This document shows, piece after piece, positions 19,284 to 29,465 of a stretch of 64,000 nt of DNA (positions are counted from its first letter, which is position 1; each line of letters starts with the position of its first letter). The position numbers and the translations under genes are program-made. Under the pieces are notes generated by a model that was given only the letters and a program-made list of their open reading frames with translations, did not search any database and was not told the DNA's origin. Source of the DNA: a virus. The stretch spans positions 32,001-96,000 of the IMG/VR virus record IMGVR_UViG_3300045051_000978, one strand, 5' to 3'.

Positions 19284-21127
19284 CCATCGACGTTTCAAAA
19301 ACCTACGCCTACACCGACGCGAACCTCGTTCGCGTTTACGTCGAAGGCACGGAACTTCAGAATCGAGGCAGCTGGATGCCCATCGGCACGTACGCCATCG
19401 GCGACGTGGTCGATTACGGAGACGCGCTCTATTTTTGCATCGCCGGCAACACCGGCATCGCACCGACAGGCGCGCTCGACGACTACTGGAGCCCCCTGGT
19501 CGAAATCAACGAGAACACTCCGATCACGAGCGCCGGGAGCGACGCGTACGCCCGTGAGGTGGCTCTCGCCGCGTACGGCACAGCGCAAATGGCCCTCCAG
19601 GTCGGGTCATCTGCCTACGATCTCGCGCTGCAAGCGCTGGAAGCGGCTTCGTCTGGAACGACCAGCGTCACCTACCTGGTCGCTGAAAACGCCTACTACC
19701 TGGCCGGCGACGCGTACGCGCTCGCTGAAAGCGGCACAACTCAAGCACAGGCGGCACAGGGAACGGCCAACAGCGCCTTCTCGGTAGCCAACGCGGCCTG
19801 GGTGCTCGCGCAGATCGGAACGAACACGGGGACCGCGGCGTACAACCTTGCCGGAAACGCTCTGAGCGCAGCAGGGGCAGCGCAGAGCACAGCCAACAGC
19901 GCAGCGTCGGCCGCAGCGTCGGCGCAGAGCACAGCCAACAGTGCCTACAGCCTGGCAGCAACAGGAACGACCGCGGCGGCAGGGGCACAAAGCGCTGCGA
20001 ACTCCGCGCAGTCTACAGCTCAAGCGGCTTACGCGCTCGCTGTAGACGGAACTGAATCTAGTGCCGCGGCGCAGAATAGAGCGGATGCAGCGTACTCGCT
20101 CGCTCAGATCGGAACGAACACTGGCACTGCGGCGTACAACCTCGCTGCGGCTGCTCTCGCGCTGGCTCAACAGGGAACGTCAGCAGGAGCAGCGTACTCG
20201 CTGGCTGAAGCAGCCTATGCGCTCGCTCAGATCGGCACCGATTCCAGCGCGTCAGCGTTCAGTGTCGCGCAAGCGGCGTATTCGCTCGCTCAGATCGGTA
20301 CAAACACGGGTACTGCGGCGTACGATCTCGCCGCAGCCGCGTATTCGCTCGCAGCTTCCGGTACAGGGGCCACAGAAGCGCTCAGTTTGGCGCAAGCAGC
20401 CTACGCGCTCGCGCAGATCGGAACGAACACGGGGACGGCAGCGTACCAGCTGGCCGATGCTGGCAGCAGCCTCGCATGGACAGCGTATCAGCTGGCGCTC
20501 CTCGGCACGACGCAAGGAGGCGGAGGCGGAGGTGATGGCGCTCTGTCGCAGGCGGCGTGGAATCTGGCACAGATCGGAACAAACACCGGGACGGCAGCGT
20601 ACAACCTGGCCGGACAAGCGTGGGCGCTGGCTCAGGCCGGCACCAACACAGGCACGTTCGCCTACAACCTGGCTGCCTACGGCACCGTGCTCGCAGGCCA
20701 GGCGTACACGCTCGCGGAAGAGGCTGTGCAGAACTTTGAGACCATCATGACGAACGGTCGCGTCGCGCTGGTGGTCCTTTGCTCAGCGTTTACACCTTCT
20801 TCGATTGGGCCTGATGCAGCGCAGGTCGTTGTACCGTACGAGTTCGACGGCAGCCAGGCCATCGACTGGACTGTCCGACGACTTCAGATGCGCGTGGCCG
20901 ATTTTGGCGGCTCGCCGTCTGTCCGACTGGAGCACTCAACGAGCGCAGGGGCGTTTGCGGCAAACGCGCTGACCACGCTGACGCTAGGATCGAACACGTA
21001 CGAAAACGGCACCTACGGCATCTTCGGAACCGTCACCAGCGGTGACAAGCTGCGCATGAATGTGCTGGACCTCGGAACTGCCCAAAACTGGTTCGTGTCG
21101 GTGCAGTTGTACCATCCATACACCTGA
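19280..21127 (+). CDS. Ala-rich coiled-coil fibre protein with AQIGTNTGTAAY repeats
   Basis: Five exact QIGTNTGTAAY copies plus variants; N-terminus paralogous to 8960..10129. Confidence 0.75.
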   Translation: MTIDVSKTYAYTDANLVRVYVEGTELQNRGSWMPIGTYAIGDVVDYGDALYFCIAGNTGIAPTGALDDYWSPLVEINENTPITSAGSDAYAREVALAAYGTAQMALQVGSSAYDLALQALEAASSGTTSVTYLVAENAYYLAGDAYALAESGTTQAQAAQGTANSAFSVANAAWVLAQIGTNTGTAAYNLAGNALSAAGAAQSTANSAASAAASAQSTANSAYSLAATGTTAAAGAQSAANSAQSTAQAAYALAVDGTESSAAAQNRADAAYSLAQIGTNTGTAAYNLAAAALALAQQGTSAGAAYSLAEAAYALAQIGTDSSASAFSVAQAAYSLAQIGTNTGTAAYDLAAAAYSLAASGTGATEALSLAQAAYALAQIGTNTGTAAYQLADAGSSLAWTAYQLALLGTTQGGGGGGDGALSQAAWNLAQIGTNTGTAAYNLAGQAWALAQAGTNTGTFAYNLAAYGTVLAGQAYTLAEEAVQNFETIMTNGRVALVVLCSAFTPSSIGPDAAQVVVPYEFDGSQAIDWTVRRLQMRVADFGGSPSVRLEHSTSAGAFAANALTTLTLGSNTYENGTYGIFGTVTSGDKLRMNVLDLGTAQNWFVSVQLYHPYT

Positions 21128-21129
21128 TC

Positions 21130-22113
21130 ATGCCCTGGAAATACTACTCATCGTCTGACGCGAGCGCTCCGACTCTCAGTGGAACCGCCGGAGATGCCAT
21201 CACCGTTCTCGACGCCTGTCTGATCAACGGCTACGGAGCCAAAACAGGTCTCGGATGGACGAAAGATTTCAGCGGCACGAATTTGGCCGTATACAGAATG
21301 GCCGCTGGAAACACGAGGTACTACCTTCGCGTTGACGACAACGCTCCAGTCTCAGCGACAGAGGCACGCCTTCAGGGCTACGAGACGATGTCCGACGCGA
21401 ACACCGGCACAAACGTGTTCCCGACCTCTGGATACTGCCATCTGCGCAAGTCCTCCGCTGCCAGCGTCACGACACGCTCCTGGGTTCTGGCGGGCGATGA
21501 GCGAACGTTCATCATGGCTGTCGCGTACACAGGCAGCTACTTCCTCAACGGCATCTATTTTGGAGAAATCTACAGCTACGTGCCCAACGACGCGTACGGC
21601 GTAGCTCTGATTGGCAGAACTACGGCCAACAGCGCCAACACGTACGCCGTTGACGCCTTGCACAGACTGGCTACCAGCGCCAGTATTGTAAACGACGTGA
21701 ACGGCCACTTTCTGGCTCGCGATACCACGGGCCTCGTTGTTGGGCAAGGTTTTGAGAAGAGACCAGCAAACAGTGCTACCGGAACCGCAGGTCTGGTCGC
21801 GCTGACAGGTGACTACCTGTTTCCAAATCCAGCTGATGGATCGGTTGCCATGGTCCCGATTTACGTCAGCTCCCTAGAATCAGCACAAGGTGTGCTGCGT
21901 GGCAGGCTGCGTGGCATGTGGTGCCAGTTGCACAGTAATTTTGCCGATTACTTTGCTGCTGGCGACACCTGGTCCGGGACAGGTGATTTGACCGGTAAGA
22001 CGTTTGTTTACGCCGGAAAAACCGCTACCAACTCAAGCGACGGGTCTACCCCGCCTTCCTACTCCACAGGACATCTTATTTTCGAGTACAGCGGAACGGT
22101 AGCACACCACTGA
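21130..22113 (+). CDS. Tail-associated structural protein, paralog A
   Basis: YYSSSDASAPTLSGTAG..ITVLDACLINGYG; aligns along its length with 22116..23051. Confidence 0.7.
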   Translation: MPWKYYSSSDASAPTLSGTAGDAITVLDACLINGYGAKTGLGWTKDFSGTNLAVYRMAAGNTRYYLRVDDNAPVSATEARLQGYETMSDANTGTNVFPTSGYCHLRKSSAASVTTRSWVLAGDERTFIMAVAYTGSYFLNGIYFGEIYSYVPNDAYGVALIGRTTANSANTYAVDALHRLATSASIVNDVNGHFLARDTTGLVVGQGFEKRPANSATGTAGLVALTGDYLFPNPADGSVAMVPIYVSSLESAQGVLRGRLRGMWCQLHSNFADYFAAGDTWSGTGDLTGKTFVYAGKTATNSSDGSTPPSYSTGHLIFEYSGTVAHH

Positions 22114-22115
22114 CC

Positions 22116-23051
22116 ATGGCCTGGACCTACTATTCATCGGCGGATGCAGGAGCGCCAACGCTCAACGGAACAGTTGGCGCACTCATCACAGTTTTAGACG
22201 CGATCCTGATCAACGGATACGGGGCCAAGCCCGCAGCCGGATGGACGAAGCCGTTTTCAGGAACCAACGCCGCGGCCTACAGGATCAACGGCTCGTTTAC
22301 GAATTATTATTTCAGGGTCGATGACAACGCACCTGGTGCAGCTGGAGCCCGCGAGGCCCGCGTGACCATGTACGAAACGATGTCGGACGTAAACACCGGC
22401 ACCAACGCTTCCACGAACCGCTACGTCAGAAAATCAGGCACGCTGGACGCAACTGCCCGCACATGGAAAGCCGTGGCGGACGAAGTAACCCTGATCTTCT
22501 TCTGCTCTTTCGACAATTCCGCCGACTACAACGGAACGTACATCGGGCAGTTTTACAGCTACATGCCCAATGACCAGCACGGGGTAACCATCATTGCGCG
22601 CACATCGGAAAATCAGTCCGCATACACGCCAAATATCGAACAAGTCCTGCGTCTTGCGACAACAGCAGAAGCCGGCACGACTGTCGCTAAGTCTGTAAAC
22701 GGCATTACGCCAAACGTAAACGGTTTCAAAACGTGCGGACTCTACAGAAACGACGATTCACAGAGGTCACGCGGTCCGTACACCCTCCCGAATGCAGCAG
22801 ACGGGTCACTGGTATTGACTCCACTGTACATCAGTAACGTCGAGGGCGCGGACAAAACGCTACGCGGCAGAGTGCGCGGCCTATGGATACCACTGCACAG
22901 CAATCTCGACAGCGTTTTTGCCATCAACGACACCTGGTCTGGCACGGGTGACCTCGCCGGAAAAAGCTTTGTTTACGCCGGCAGCGCTGCAAGCGTAGGT
23001 GCAGGCGGCTTCATTGTCCTCGAAACCTCAAACACAGTCCCCAAAAACTGA
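22116..23051 (+). CDS. Tail-associated structural protein, paralog B
   Basis: YYSSADAGAPTLNGTVG..ITVLDAILINGYG; LRGRVRGLW. Confidence 0.7.
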   Translation: MAWTYYSSADAGAPTLNGTVGALITVLDAILINGYGAKPAAGWTKPFSGTNAAAYRINGSFTNYYFRVDDNAPGAAGAREARVTMYETMSDVNTGTNASTNRYVRKSGTLDATARTWKAVADEVTLIFFCSFDNSADYNGTYIGQFYSYMPNDQHGVTIIARTSENQSAYTPNIEQVLRLATTAEAGTTVAKSVNGITPNVNGFKTCGLYRNDDSQRSRGPYTLPNAADGSLVLTPLYISNVEGADKTLRGRVRGLWIPLHSNLDSVFAINDTWSGTGDLAGKSFVYAGSAASVGAGGFIVLETSNTVPKN

Positions 23052-23554
23052 TGCCAGACCAAGGTTCCATAGGACAGTCCGCCGGTTCTGTTTACGATCC
23101 GCGAATCGACCTTGGAGTTCCAAACTATCCAAAGGTCTACACAGGCTTGCGCATTCTTGGGTGCTTTGAACCAAACAACGAGCGCCTGTATTACGGCGGA
23201 CGCTTGGACACGGACGGCAACCCGCTACCGCCGTGTCTAAACATCCTCAATGGAGGGCGTATGCGCTTCGTGTTTCCCGTGTCCATCGGAACTCGAAGCG
23301 TCACGGTGAAGGTGCGCGAGACTTCCGACTTTATCAGCGCAGGCCGACGCCCGAAGTTGCGCGTTCTAGCCGACGCGGCCATGGGCATACCGACGACGCT
23401 TGAGGCGCAGGCACCGGTCGGTAGCGGTTGGTTCACGCTCGGACCGCTGACGTTTACAGCTCCAGCCACAGGCGCAATCGTCGTCGAGCTTGAATCCTTC
23501 AACGACAACAACGAGCAAAGCAACTGTCGCTGGGATTCTGTTCAGATAACGTGA
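23051..23554 (+). CDS. Hypothetical structural protein
   Basis: Coupled start within the tail operon; beta-rich. Confidence 0.6.
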   Translation: MPDQGSIGQSAGSVYDPRIDLGVPNYPKVYTGLRILGCFEPNNERLYYGGRLDTDGNPLPPCLNILNGGRMRFVFPVSIGTRSVTVKVRETSDFISAGRRPKLRVLADAAMGIPTTLEAQAPVGSGWFTLGPLTFTAPATGAIVVELESFNDNNEQSNCRWDSVQIT

Positions 23555-24081
23555 ACAGCGGTGATTTTACAGTCTGGCATTTCGGAGCGCCGCTGATTCA
23601 AGCCGGAACCAGCAGCGGCGAATTTATCGTCTGGAGCGACGACGCTCCTCTTGTTCAGCGCGCCGAGCCACCCGATCCAAGCACTGGTTACGTATACAGC
23701 GGCGACTTTTCAATCTGGGACGGGGAAGTTCCGATTCTACAGGTCGGAGCGTACAGTGGGGATTTTGCCTCCTGGCTCGATTCGGTACCGGTCGTTGCGT
23801 TTGGCAGCCTGCCCCCTGGACCGCCGTTCAATCGCCGAAGAGTCTGGATCGCCACGTACAACTCAGTCACACGCGCAACAAGCTACGTGTTTGCCAGGTT
23901 CACGTTCGAGCCGGCAAGCCTGGCTGGATGGGCTGTCGGACCCATCGTCGAGATCGTAGACCAGTTCACCTTTGAAGACGGCAGTCTTGCAAGCTGGACA
24001 GCTGAAGAGTGGTACGCTCCATTTGCGCTTCAACAGTTCGACTTCGAGGATTCCGACCTTTCAACCTGGGTAACCGCTTAA
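23551..24081 (+). CDS. Acidic protein with short internal repeats
   Basis: SGDFxxW x4 and FTFE..SLA.W x3. Confidence 0.6.
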   Translation: MNSGDFTVWHFGAPLIQAGTSSGEFIVWSDDAPLVQRAEPPDPSTGYVYSGDFSIWDGEVPILQVGAYSGDFASWLDSVPVVAFGSLPPGPPFNRRRVWIATYNSVTRATSYVFARFTFEPASLAGWAVGPIVEIVDQFTFEDGSLASWTAEEWYAPFALQQFDFEDSDLSTWVTA

Positions 24082-24085
24082 ACCT

Positions 24086-24820
24086 ATGGGAGTCTCCATC
24101 CAAACCGTAACGCTACCCCACGGCGCAGACAAAACTGCCCGCATCTCTGAGGGGTTTATGGCGCACACACTCAGCGTAGGCAGTACGTGGAACAAGTTGC
24201 GCGTCTGCTTTCGGCTTGGCCTCGTTGCTCCCGACGACAGCTCGATCACAGGAACACCACGATTGCTCCTCGGCTTGTGCAGTGGAACGACAAACATCCC
24301 TGGATCACTCAGCGTAACCAATTCACTCCTGTTCAGGTCCACCACTGCAACGTGGGCTGTAGGCGGCGGAACTCTTGGCGTACTAGGCCACTGCTCGTTC
24401 AGCAGCGCCGACTGGGCCTCGTACCACAGCGGCACTACTCAGACGAGCATCACTACTGCCAACGGAGGGTGGTTTACGCGCATCGCCCGAACAACTCACC
24501 CGTCTCTGCCGGGCAGTTCCGTGATCATTCTGGAGATCGAGAAAGGCGGAACCTGGACCGGGCGTGTTGTTGCGCCATTTCCGTCATCGATTGGCCCGAA
24601 CATCACACCTACGATGGCGATGAACGCGATGCAGGCGTACGACTTTTCGTTGGTGCCCGCGCTGCTTGACCCGGCGAACTACTTGCTCGTCAGCACGAGC
24701 CTTGGAGCCAACCCTGTGCAGGAATCAACGCGAGGATACCTGGACAGCGTGTGCATGGCCTGGAATCGCTTGACGCAGAACATGGAATTCTGCGAGGTGA
24801 TCATCGGCCGCTACTTCTGA
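24086..24820 (+). CDS. Hypothetical structural protein
   Basis: Last ORF of the plus-strand tail block. Confidence 0.6.
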   Translation: MGVSIQTVTLPHGADKTARISEGFMAHTLSVGSTWNKLRVCFRLGLVAPDDSSITGTPRLLLGLCSGTTNIPGSLSVTNSLLFRSTTATWAVGGGTLGVLGHCSFSSADWASYHSGTTQTSITTANGGWFTRIARTTHPSLPGSSVIILEIEKGGTWTGRVVAPFPSSIGPNITPTMAMNAMQAYDFSLVPALLDPANYLLVSTSLGANPVQESTRGYLDSVCMAWNRLTQNMEFCEVIIGRYF

Positions 24821-25245
24821 TCGAGAAGACTGTCTACGATTTGCCTGGCTTCGAGACGATACGAAGCGCGCATCCCGGCGAGCCGACCACGTTCAGCATC
24901 CATCTCGCGCTCCCGGCGCTCCACGTGCTTGCCTGCGAGGCGCTGGACTGCACGCTGAAGCGTCTGCAAAGCCACAGGAGGCAGGCGATTCTTGTCGAGA
25001 CCGCCGCCGATGCGCTCGATCAAAGCGTCCAGAGCGCCGTCAGGACCCAGGTCGAGGATCGGCTCAAGGTTGGTCGTGCCTTTGCCGCGCTGCGCCAGCC
25101 AGTCGCTGAGCGCTTGCAGGACATTGTCCGCGGCGTCGCCACGGTCCAGGGCCTGTTTGAGGGCCAGGAACTGCGGCGACAGGATGCCCGTCGGGTTTGT
25201 TGGCCCGCTGAGGTCGCTGAACTGCGCTGTAAACGCTTTAGGCAT
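24811..25245 (-). CDS. Hypothetical protein
   Basis: Start re-called to MPKAFTAQ; ends LEARQIVDSLLDQK. Confidence 0.6.
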   Translation of the reverse strand: MPKAFTAQFSDLSGPTNPTGILSPQFLALKQALDRGDAADNVLQALSDWLAQRGKGTTNLEPILDLGPDGALDALIERIGGGLDKNRLPPVALQTLQRAVQRLAGKHVERREREMDAERGRLAGMRASYRLEARQIVDSLLDQK

Positions 25246-25549
25246 GGGTCGAATCCTTCCTGGGAGGCGCTTCGCGATCAAGCATTTCACGCCAGCCAAT
25301 CCGCCCCTGTTTGATCGACTGGTGCAGACCGACAGCGCATCCGCCAATGATCACGCCGATCAGGTGGTTGCGAAAGTTCCATCCTTCGAGGATGCAGAAG
25401 CCGACAGAACCGAGACCGATGCAGATGTACGGCACGGTCCAGTTCGGAATCTTGGGCGTGGCGCGCAACGGCACGCACACCAACATCAGCGCCACAGAGA
25501 GAAGTAGCGCTCCTGGAGCAGACGTGAGAAACGACGTGTCGTCCATCAT
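25238..25549 (-). CDS. Putative holin (3 TM)
   Basis: Three hydrophobic segments; KIPNWTVPYI...AVGLHQSIKQ resembles phage holin families; basic C-terminus. Confidence 0.7.
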   Translation of the reverse strand: MMDDTSFLTSAPGALLLSVALMLVCVPLRATPKIPNWTVPYICIGLGSVGFCILEGWNFRNHLIGVIIGGCAVGLHQSIKQGRIGWREMLDREAPPRKDSTHA

Positions 25550-26013
25550 GAGATAAATACGCCCCACTTCTTCTTTGGACACGACTCATGCGCGACCTTG
25601 GCCTTGGCCAAACAGACGCATTTGCACAGCCGACATTGAAAGTGAACGTACTCTTCGCAGACCCGGCACTCACCGAGGCGTTTACCGTACTCGGCAGCGT
25701 TTACAGTTTTGAAACCCTCCTTGGCGAACTTGGCCATGGACGTAGCGAACGCCGCGAGCGCCTGGTTCCAGGTCAACGGCACGACATCATCCGTCTGCTG
25801 CGCGCCGCAGCACCCTTCACGTGGACCCGTCTCGGAAACCGGAGCAGCGTACGGCCTGTCCTCGTGGTAGCCTGCACCGCCCACCGGCTCGAATTTGCGA
25901 ATTGGGCAGCCCACCGGGCTCTGCAACGGGTGCCCCTTCAGGCATACGCCACGCCAATGCTCGCAGGCTTGGCAAACAGGCAGCCTCTGGTAGAAAACGT
26001 CCCGCGAAACCAT
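25546..26013 (-). CDS. Cys-rich metal-binding protein with duplicated DUF6171-like unit
   Basis: RL..CxxC...C...CP twice; ends SCPKKKW. Confidence 0.65.
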   Translation of the reverse strand: MVSRDVFYQRLPVCQACEHWRGVCLKGHPLQSPVGCPIRKFEPVGGAGYHEDRPYAAPVSETGPREGCCGAQQTDDVVPLTWNQALAAFATSMAKFAKEGFKTVNAAEYGKRLGECRVCEEYVHFQCRLCKCVCLAKAKVAHESCPKKKWGVFIS

Positions 26014-26032
26014 GCCGTAGTTACCGGTTAGA

Positions 26033-27763
26033 ATGAGCGCGCAGGCCCTTACTGATCTGCTTTTGGAGGCGAATATCCTCAATCCGAAGGACTATGAGCG
26101 CCGTGTAGACATTTTGGCAGCGGACATCAACGACGAACGCATGGCGGCGTGGTTCACGCGCACCGTGAAGTTCATGATCCAGAACATGGATCAGCTGACC
26201 ACCCGCAGCTACAGGCCGGAGCCCAAGCCGCGCTACAACATCACGGGAGTTCACGGCACTTCCAACCCGTTCGTCGAAGTCGATCCGGAAGACCTGCCCG
26301 TCGAGCGCGGAAGCAAAGACCTGCTGACGATGCTGACGCAGCGCTCCGGAAACATTACCAAGCCGACCTGGTTTTCCAAGGAGCCTCCCACCAGCAAAAC
26401 GGTCGAGGTGGGCTACCAAAATCCTCCCACTGAAGACGAGCAGCGCAGTTTGCAGACGCGCATGCAGGCATCGGGAAGGAATCAGCCGATCAGCCAGGCG
26501 GACTGGGATCGATGGCAGGCGCAGCGCGGCAGCTTCGAGCGCGAGCAGGCTGAGCGCTTTCGCAACGCTCCAAAGTACACGCCACCACCTCCGCCTGCCG
26601 AGAAGGCCAAGCGCGCCAAGAAAGCCAAGCGCGCCGTCGCTGAAGCACTGCTTGAGAACGATCCGTCGGCGCTCGTCGGCGGCAGCTTCAAAGCGCTGAA
26701 AACAGCCGTAGACAAAAAAGAAGAGCCTGACGTTGTCGAGCGGGCGCTCTACGCCTTCATGTCCGAAAACGGCATCGACGCTGAGGACGTGAACGTAGCG
26801 CTGAACAGCCACCACCCAGACGAAGCACTCGTTGAGCTGGTGCGCGGGCTGACAGATCGCCCACCGCAGATGGTTGTGCAAGCACTGCGTAGTGCGGGTG
26901 AACAGCTCACAGCCTACGCAACAAAGCTGCACCATGAGCCCTGGCGTAAGACGATGGCGCAGGAGTTCAAACCGTTTACAAAAGGTTCTGGCAGAGACCT
27001 ACCATTTTCTGAACCCGCAGAGACACCGGAGTGGATGGCCAAACAGCAGGCGAGCGGAAAATCGCCCGAGGCGCTGTTCTTTGACCCGCTTCGCATCAAC
27101 TCCCGCCCTTTCTGGAGCAACCTGGAAGCCCTCGTCAGCTACCTGAACTACATGGCGCTGGCCGCGGTAGAGCTGGTAGACTCCGACTCCGAGGAAGAGC
27201 GCGCAGACGCAGAGAAAGGCCAGCAGCTGCTCGCTACGCTCGACAAAGGCAAAGCGGCCGACATCGACCTGTTCCTCAACCTGCTGAGCGCAGCGAAGGA
27301 GTTCGAGGACAACATTCCCAACATCCTGCTTCGACACAGCGCGAAGGTCATCGCGCAGTACGATAACCTGAAGCTGTACCAGCTCACTTCAGCCGAAGCC
27401 GTTCACGATTTTTCCAATCGGCAAACGACCTTCAGGCATCCTCCAAACAAGCGCAATTCAGCCGGACAGCCCGTCGCCGACTGGTGCACGAAAGACCTCG
27501 GCAATGCGAAAAGTTACCTAGGCTACGCAGACGGCGTCATGTACCAGGTATGGAAGGACGATCAGCCATACGTTCAGATCGCTGCGGGCGCAGGCACGAA
27601 CCAGGTGAAGAACGCTCACAATGAGACGATCAACGACCAAATCTTCACTGAAATTCTGCCAGTCCTGACCGCGTTGCCTGACCACGTCCTGAAGAGAATG
27701 GAAACGCCGAACACGCTTGAACGCGTTCGGCGTTATCGAGCAGAGCAAGGCCAGCGACGCTAG
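26033..27763 (+). CDS. Large late protein with C-terminal WCT (PcfJ-like) domain and LLE leader
   Basis: MSAQALTDLLLE; DWCTKDLGNAKSYL...PYVQI; TAGTTA upstream. Confidence 0.7.
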   Translation: MSAQALTDLLLEANILNPKDYERRVDILAADINDERMAAWFTRTVKFMIQNMDQLTTRSYRPEPKPRYNITGVHGTSNPFVEVDPEDLPVERGSKDLLTMLTQRSGNITKPTWFSKEPPTSKTVEVGYQNPPTEDEQRSLQTRMQASGRNQPISQADWDRWQAQRGSFEREQAERFRNAPKYTPPPPPAEKAKRAKKAKRAVAEALLENDPSALVGGSFKALKTAVDKKEEPDVVERALYAFMSENGIDAEDVNVALNSHHPDEALVELVRGLTDRPPQMVVQALRSAGEQLTAYATKLHHEPWRKTMAQEFKPFTKGSGRDLPFSEPAETPEWMAKQQASGKSPEALFFDPLRINSRPFWSNLEALVSYLNYMALAAVELVDSDSEEERADAEKGQQLLATLDKGKAADIDLFLNLLSAAKEFEDNIPNILLRHSAKVIAQYDNLKLYQLTSAEAVHDFSNRQTTFRHPPNKRNSAGQPVADWCTKDLGNAKSYLGYADGVMYQVWKDDQPYVQIAAGAGTNQVKNAHNETINDQIFTEILPVLTALPDHVLKRMETPNTLERVRRYRAEQGQRR

Positions 27764-28263
27764 CGTGTAGCGCGGGCTTCCTTGATGAGACGGTCGAGCG
27801 TCGTATCGGGGCCGCGGGTGCTGGCAGCAGGCGCTGAACCACCGAGTCCCAGCTTGAAGCCTTCGGCCGCTCCAGTGACGAAGGCTTCGGCGTACTCGAC
27901 CTGACGAAGATCGACCTGCTGGTTGAGGAACAAGTCGAGGAACGCGGGGGCCGCGGTCAGCACGATCTGCGCTTCATCCGAGGTCAGCTCATTCAACCCG
28001 TTGGCATTGGCGATTGTCACCACGGAAGCAATGTCCCACTGCTGTTCGGTGACCAGATCGTTCAGCCCGCTGCTGATCTTCGTGAGCGTCGTACGGCTGG
28101 TGGCGTCCTTGCGCAGCTGCAACTTGACCGCCGTGTACGCTGCAAGGCGAGTTACCTTTTGTACACGATCCGGCGTGACGACCGTGGTTTGACCGCCGTT
28201 CGGCGAGGTGCATGCCGCGAAAACGACGGTGACGAGTCCGATGAGGAATAGGCGTAGTCTCAT
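27760..28263 (-). CDS. Putative lipoprotein
   Basis: MRLRLFLIGLVTVVFAAC lipobox. Confidence 0.7.
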   Translation of the reverse strand: MRLRLFLIGLVTVVFAACTSPNGGQTTVVTPDRVQKVTRLAAYTAVKLQLRKDATSRTTLTKISSGLNDLVTEQQWDIASVVTIANANGLNELTSDEAQIVLTAAPAFLDLFLNQQVDLRQVEYAEAFVTGAAEGFKLGLGGSAPAASTRGPDTTLDRLIKEARATR

Positions 28264-28282
28264 ACGCCCAATAGAACCAGGT

Positions 28283-28531
28283 CTACTGCCAGCGTCCAGG
28301 ACGATCCCTAGCCATCGTGTCGATCCACTCCGAGATGTCTTCGGCGTGCACCGACGAATTCTGGCTGGTCAGCCAGGCGCGGATGCGTGGCAGTGCAGTG
28401 CCGTTTTTCTTCGCAGTCTCCCAATTGTTGCGCCAGTCGAAACGCCCAAGCTCCTGCTCCACAAAATCGGACGCGACATCCTCGATGTCGTCGTGCCGGT
28501 AGCGCTGCATCAGTTCTGGTGTCAGGTCCAT
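28283..28531 (-). CDS. Hypothetical protein
   Basis: ORF track; start re-called to MDLTPEL. Confidence 0.5.
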   Translation of the reverse strand: MDLTPELMQRYRHDDIEDVASDFVEQELGRFDWRNNWETAKKNGTALPRIRAWLTSQNSSVHAEDISEWIDTMARDRPGRWQ

Positions 28532-28557
28532 TGGGTTCTCCGTTCTATTTACTGTCG

Positions 28558-29271
28558 ATGGCAAGCGTTTGCGACATAACGGATGCCCTGGCTGAAGCCC
28601 AATTTTACGTGCTCCAGCGCATCAACCGGAAGTTCGAGGCACTGCGCCGCTTGGGGCAGCTTCTCGAACAACTGGGCGATTTGAGCAGTCTCATCCCGCA
28701 GATAGCGAACCTGATACCGGTAATCGACATCGATCTCAGCCTGTATACAAATCTTCGCTCCAACTGCCCATTCCTGAACCTGCCTGCTGCCAGCGAAGCG
28801 AGTCTGGAGAATTTGCGGCAGCAAGTGATCACGGCGTATTCGACGCTGACGGGGAATCTACTGAATCACCCCTGGATGCGCATGGGGCAGCTCCAGGATC
28901 AGCTGAGCAAGTACCAGCAGCAGGTGAACGCTGCCTTCGCCGAGGGTGGGCAGTACATCCAGTGTTTACAGGCCGCGTGCCAGACGGCGCGTGCCACAGG
29001 CCAGTTTCTGACCCGCGTCAGCCAGACTCAGATCGACGCCGAGTTTGCCCGCTTCGGTCGAAATTTCGTTGACAACGCCGGCCAAGTGCTGAATGACGCA
29101 GCCGCAGCAAAGTACGGTCAGGTTGTTGCTACTGTGAACCAGATGCGCGAGCTGGGCGCTGATGTCGGCACCGACTACAGGACGGCCAAAGCCGCGGTAA
29201 CTGCACAAACAGCTTCAACCGCAGTTCAAACGACGGATTCACCCAACACAAGTATCGCCACAGTTCCATGA
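28558..29271 (+). CDS. Helical hypothetical protein
   Basis: ATG 6 nt after TATTTA. Confidence 0.65.
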   Translation: MASVCDITDALAEAQFYVLQRINRKFEALRRLGQLLEQLGDLSSLIPQIANLIPVIDIDLSLYTNLRSNCPFLNLPAASEASLENLRQQVITAYSTLTGNLLNHPWMRMGQLQDQLSKYQQQVNAAFAEGGQYIQCLQAACQTARATGQFLTRVSQTQIDAEFARFGRNFVDNAGQVLNDAAAAKYGQVVATVNQMRELGADVGTDYRTAKAAVTAQTASTAVQTTDSPNTSIATVP

Positions 29272-29465
29272 GCACCCCCACCAATCCCAACAATCCTGCC
29301 GACGGCAAGCACGTCGTGATCCAAAACGGCCAGCGGGTCACCGGACCTGTGTCGGCTGACGAAGCCCAGAAGGAAGCGGCGCGTCGCAACAAGCTCACCG
29401 AGCAGACCGGACAACAGGTGCCTGAGGGGCAGCGCGCTCGCGTCGCCCAGAACATCTTCGGCTGA
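29268..29465 (+). CDS. Small hypothetical protein
   Basis: Coupled on both sides. Confidence 0.6.
   Translation: MSTPTNPNNPADGKHVVIQNGQRVTGPVSADEAQKEAARRNKLTEQTGQQVPEGQRARVAQNIFG

Noticed and set aside
19790-20690. CRISPR array or DGR template/variable repeats
   Set aside because: Repeats are in-frame coding units with synonymous variation; no constant repeat-spacer period, no adenine-specific mismatches, no reverse transcriptase or cas gene.
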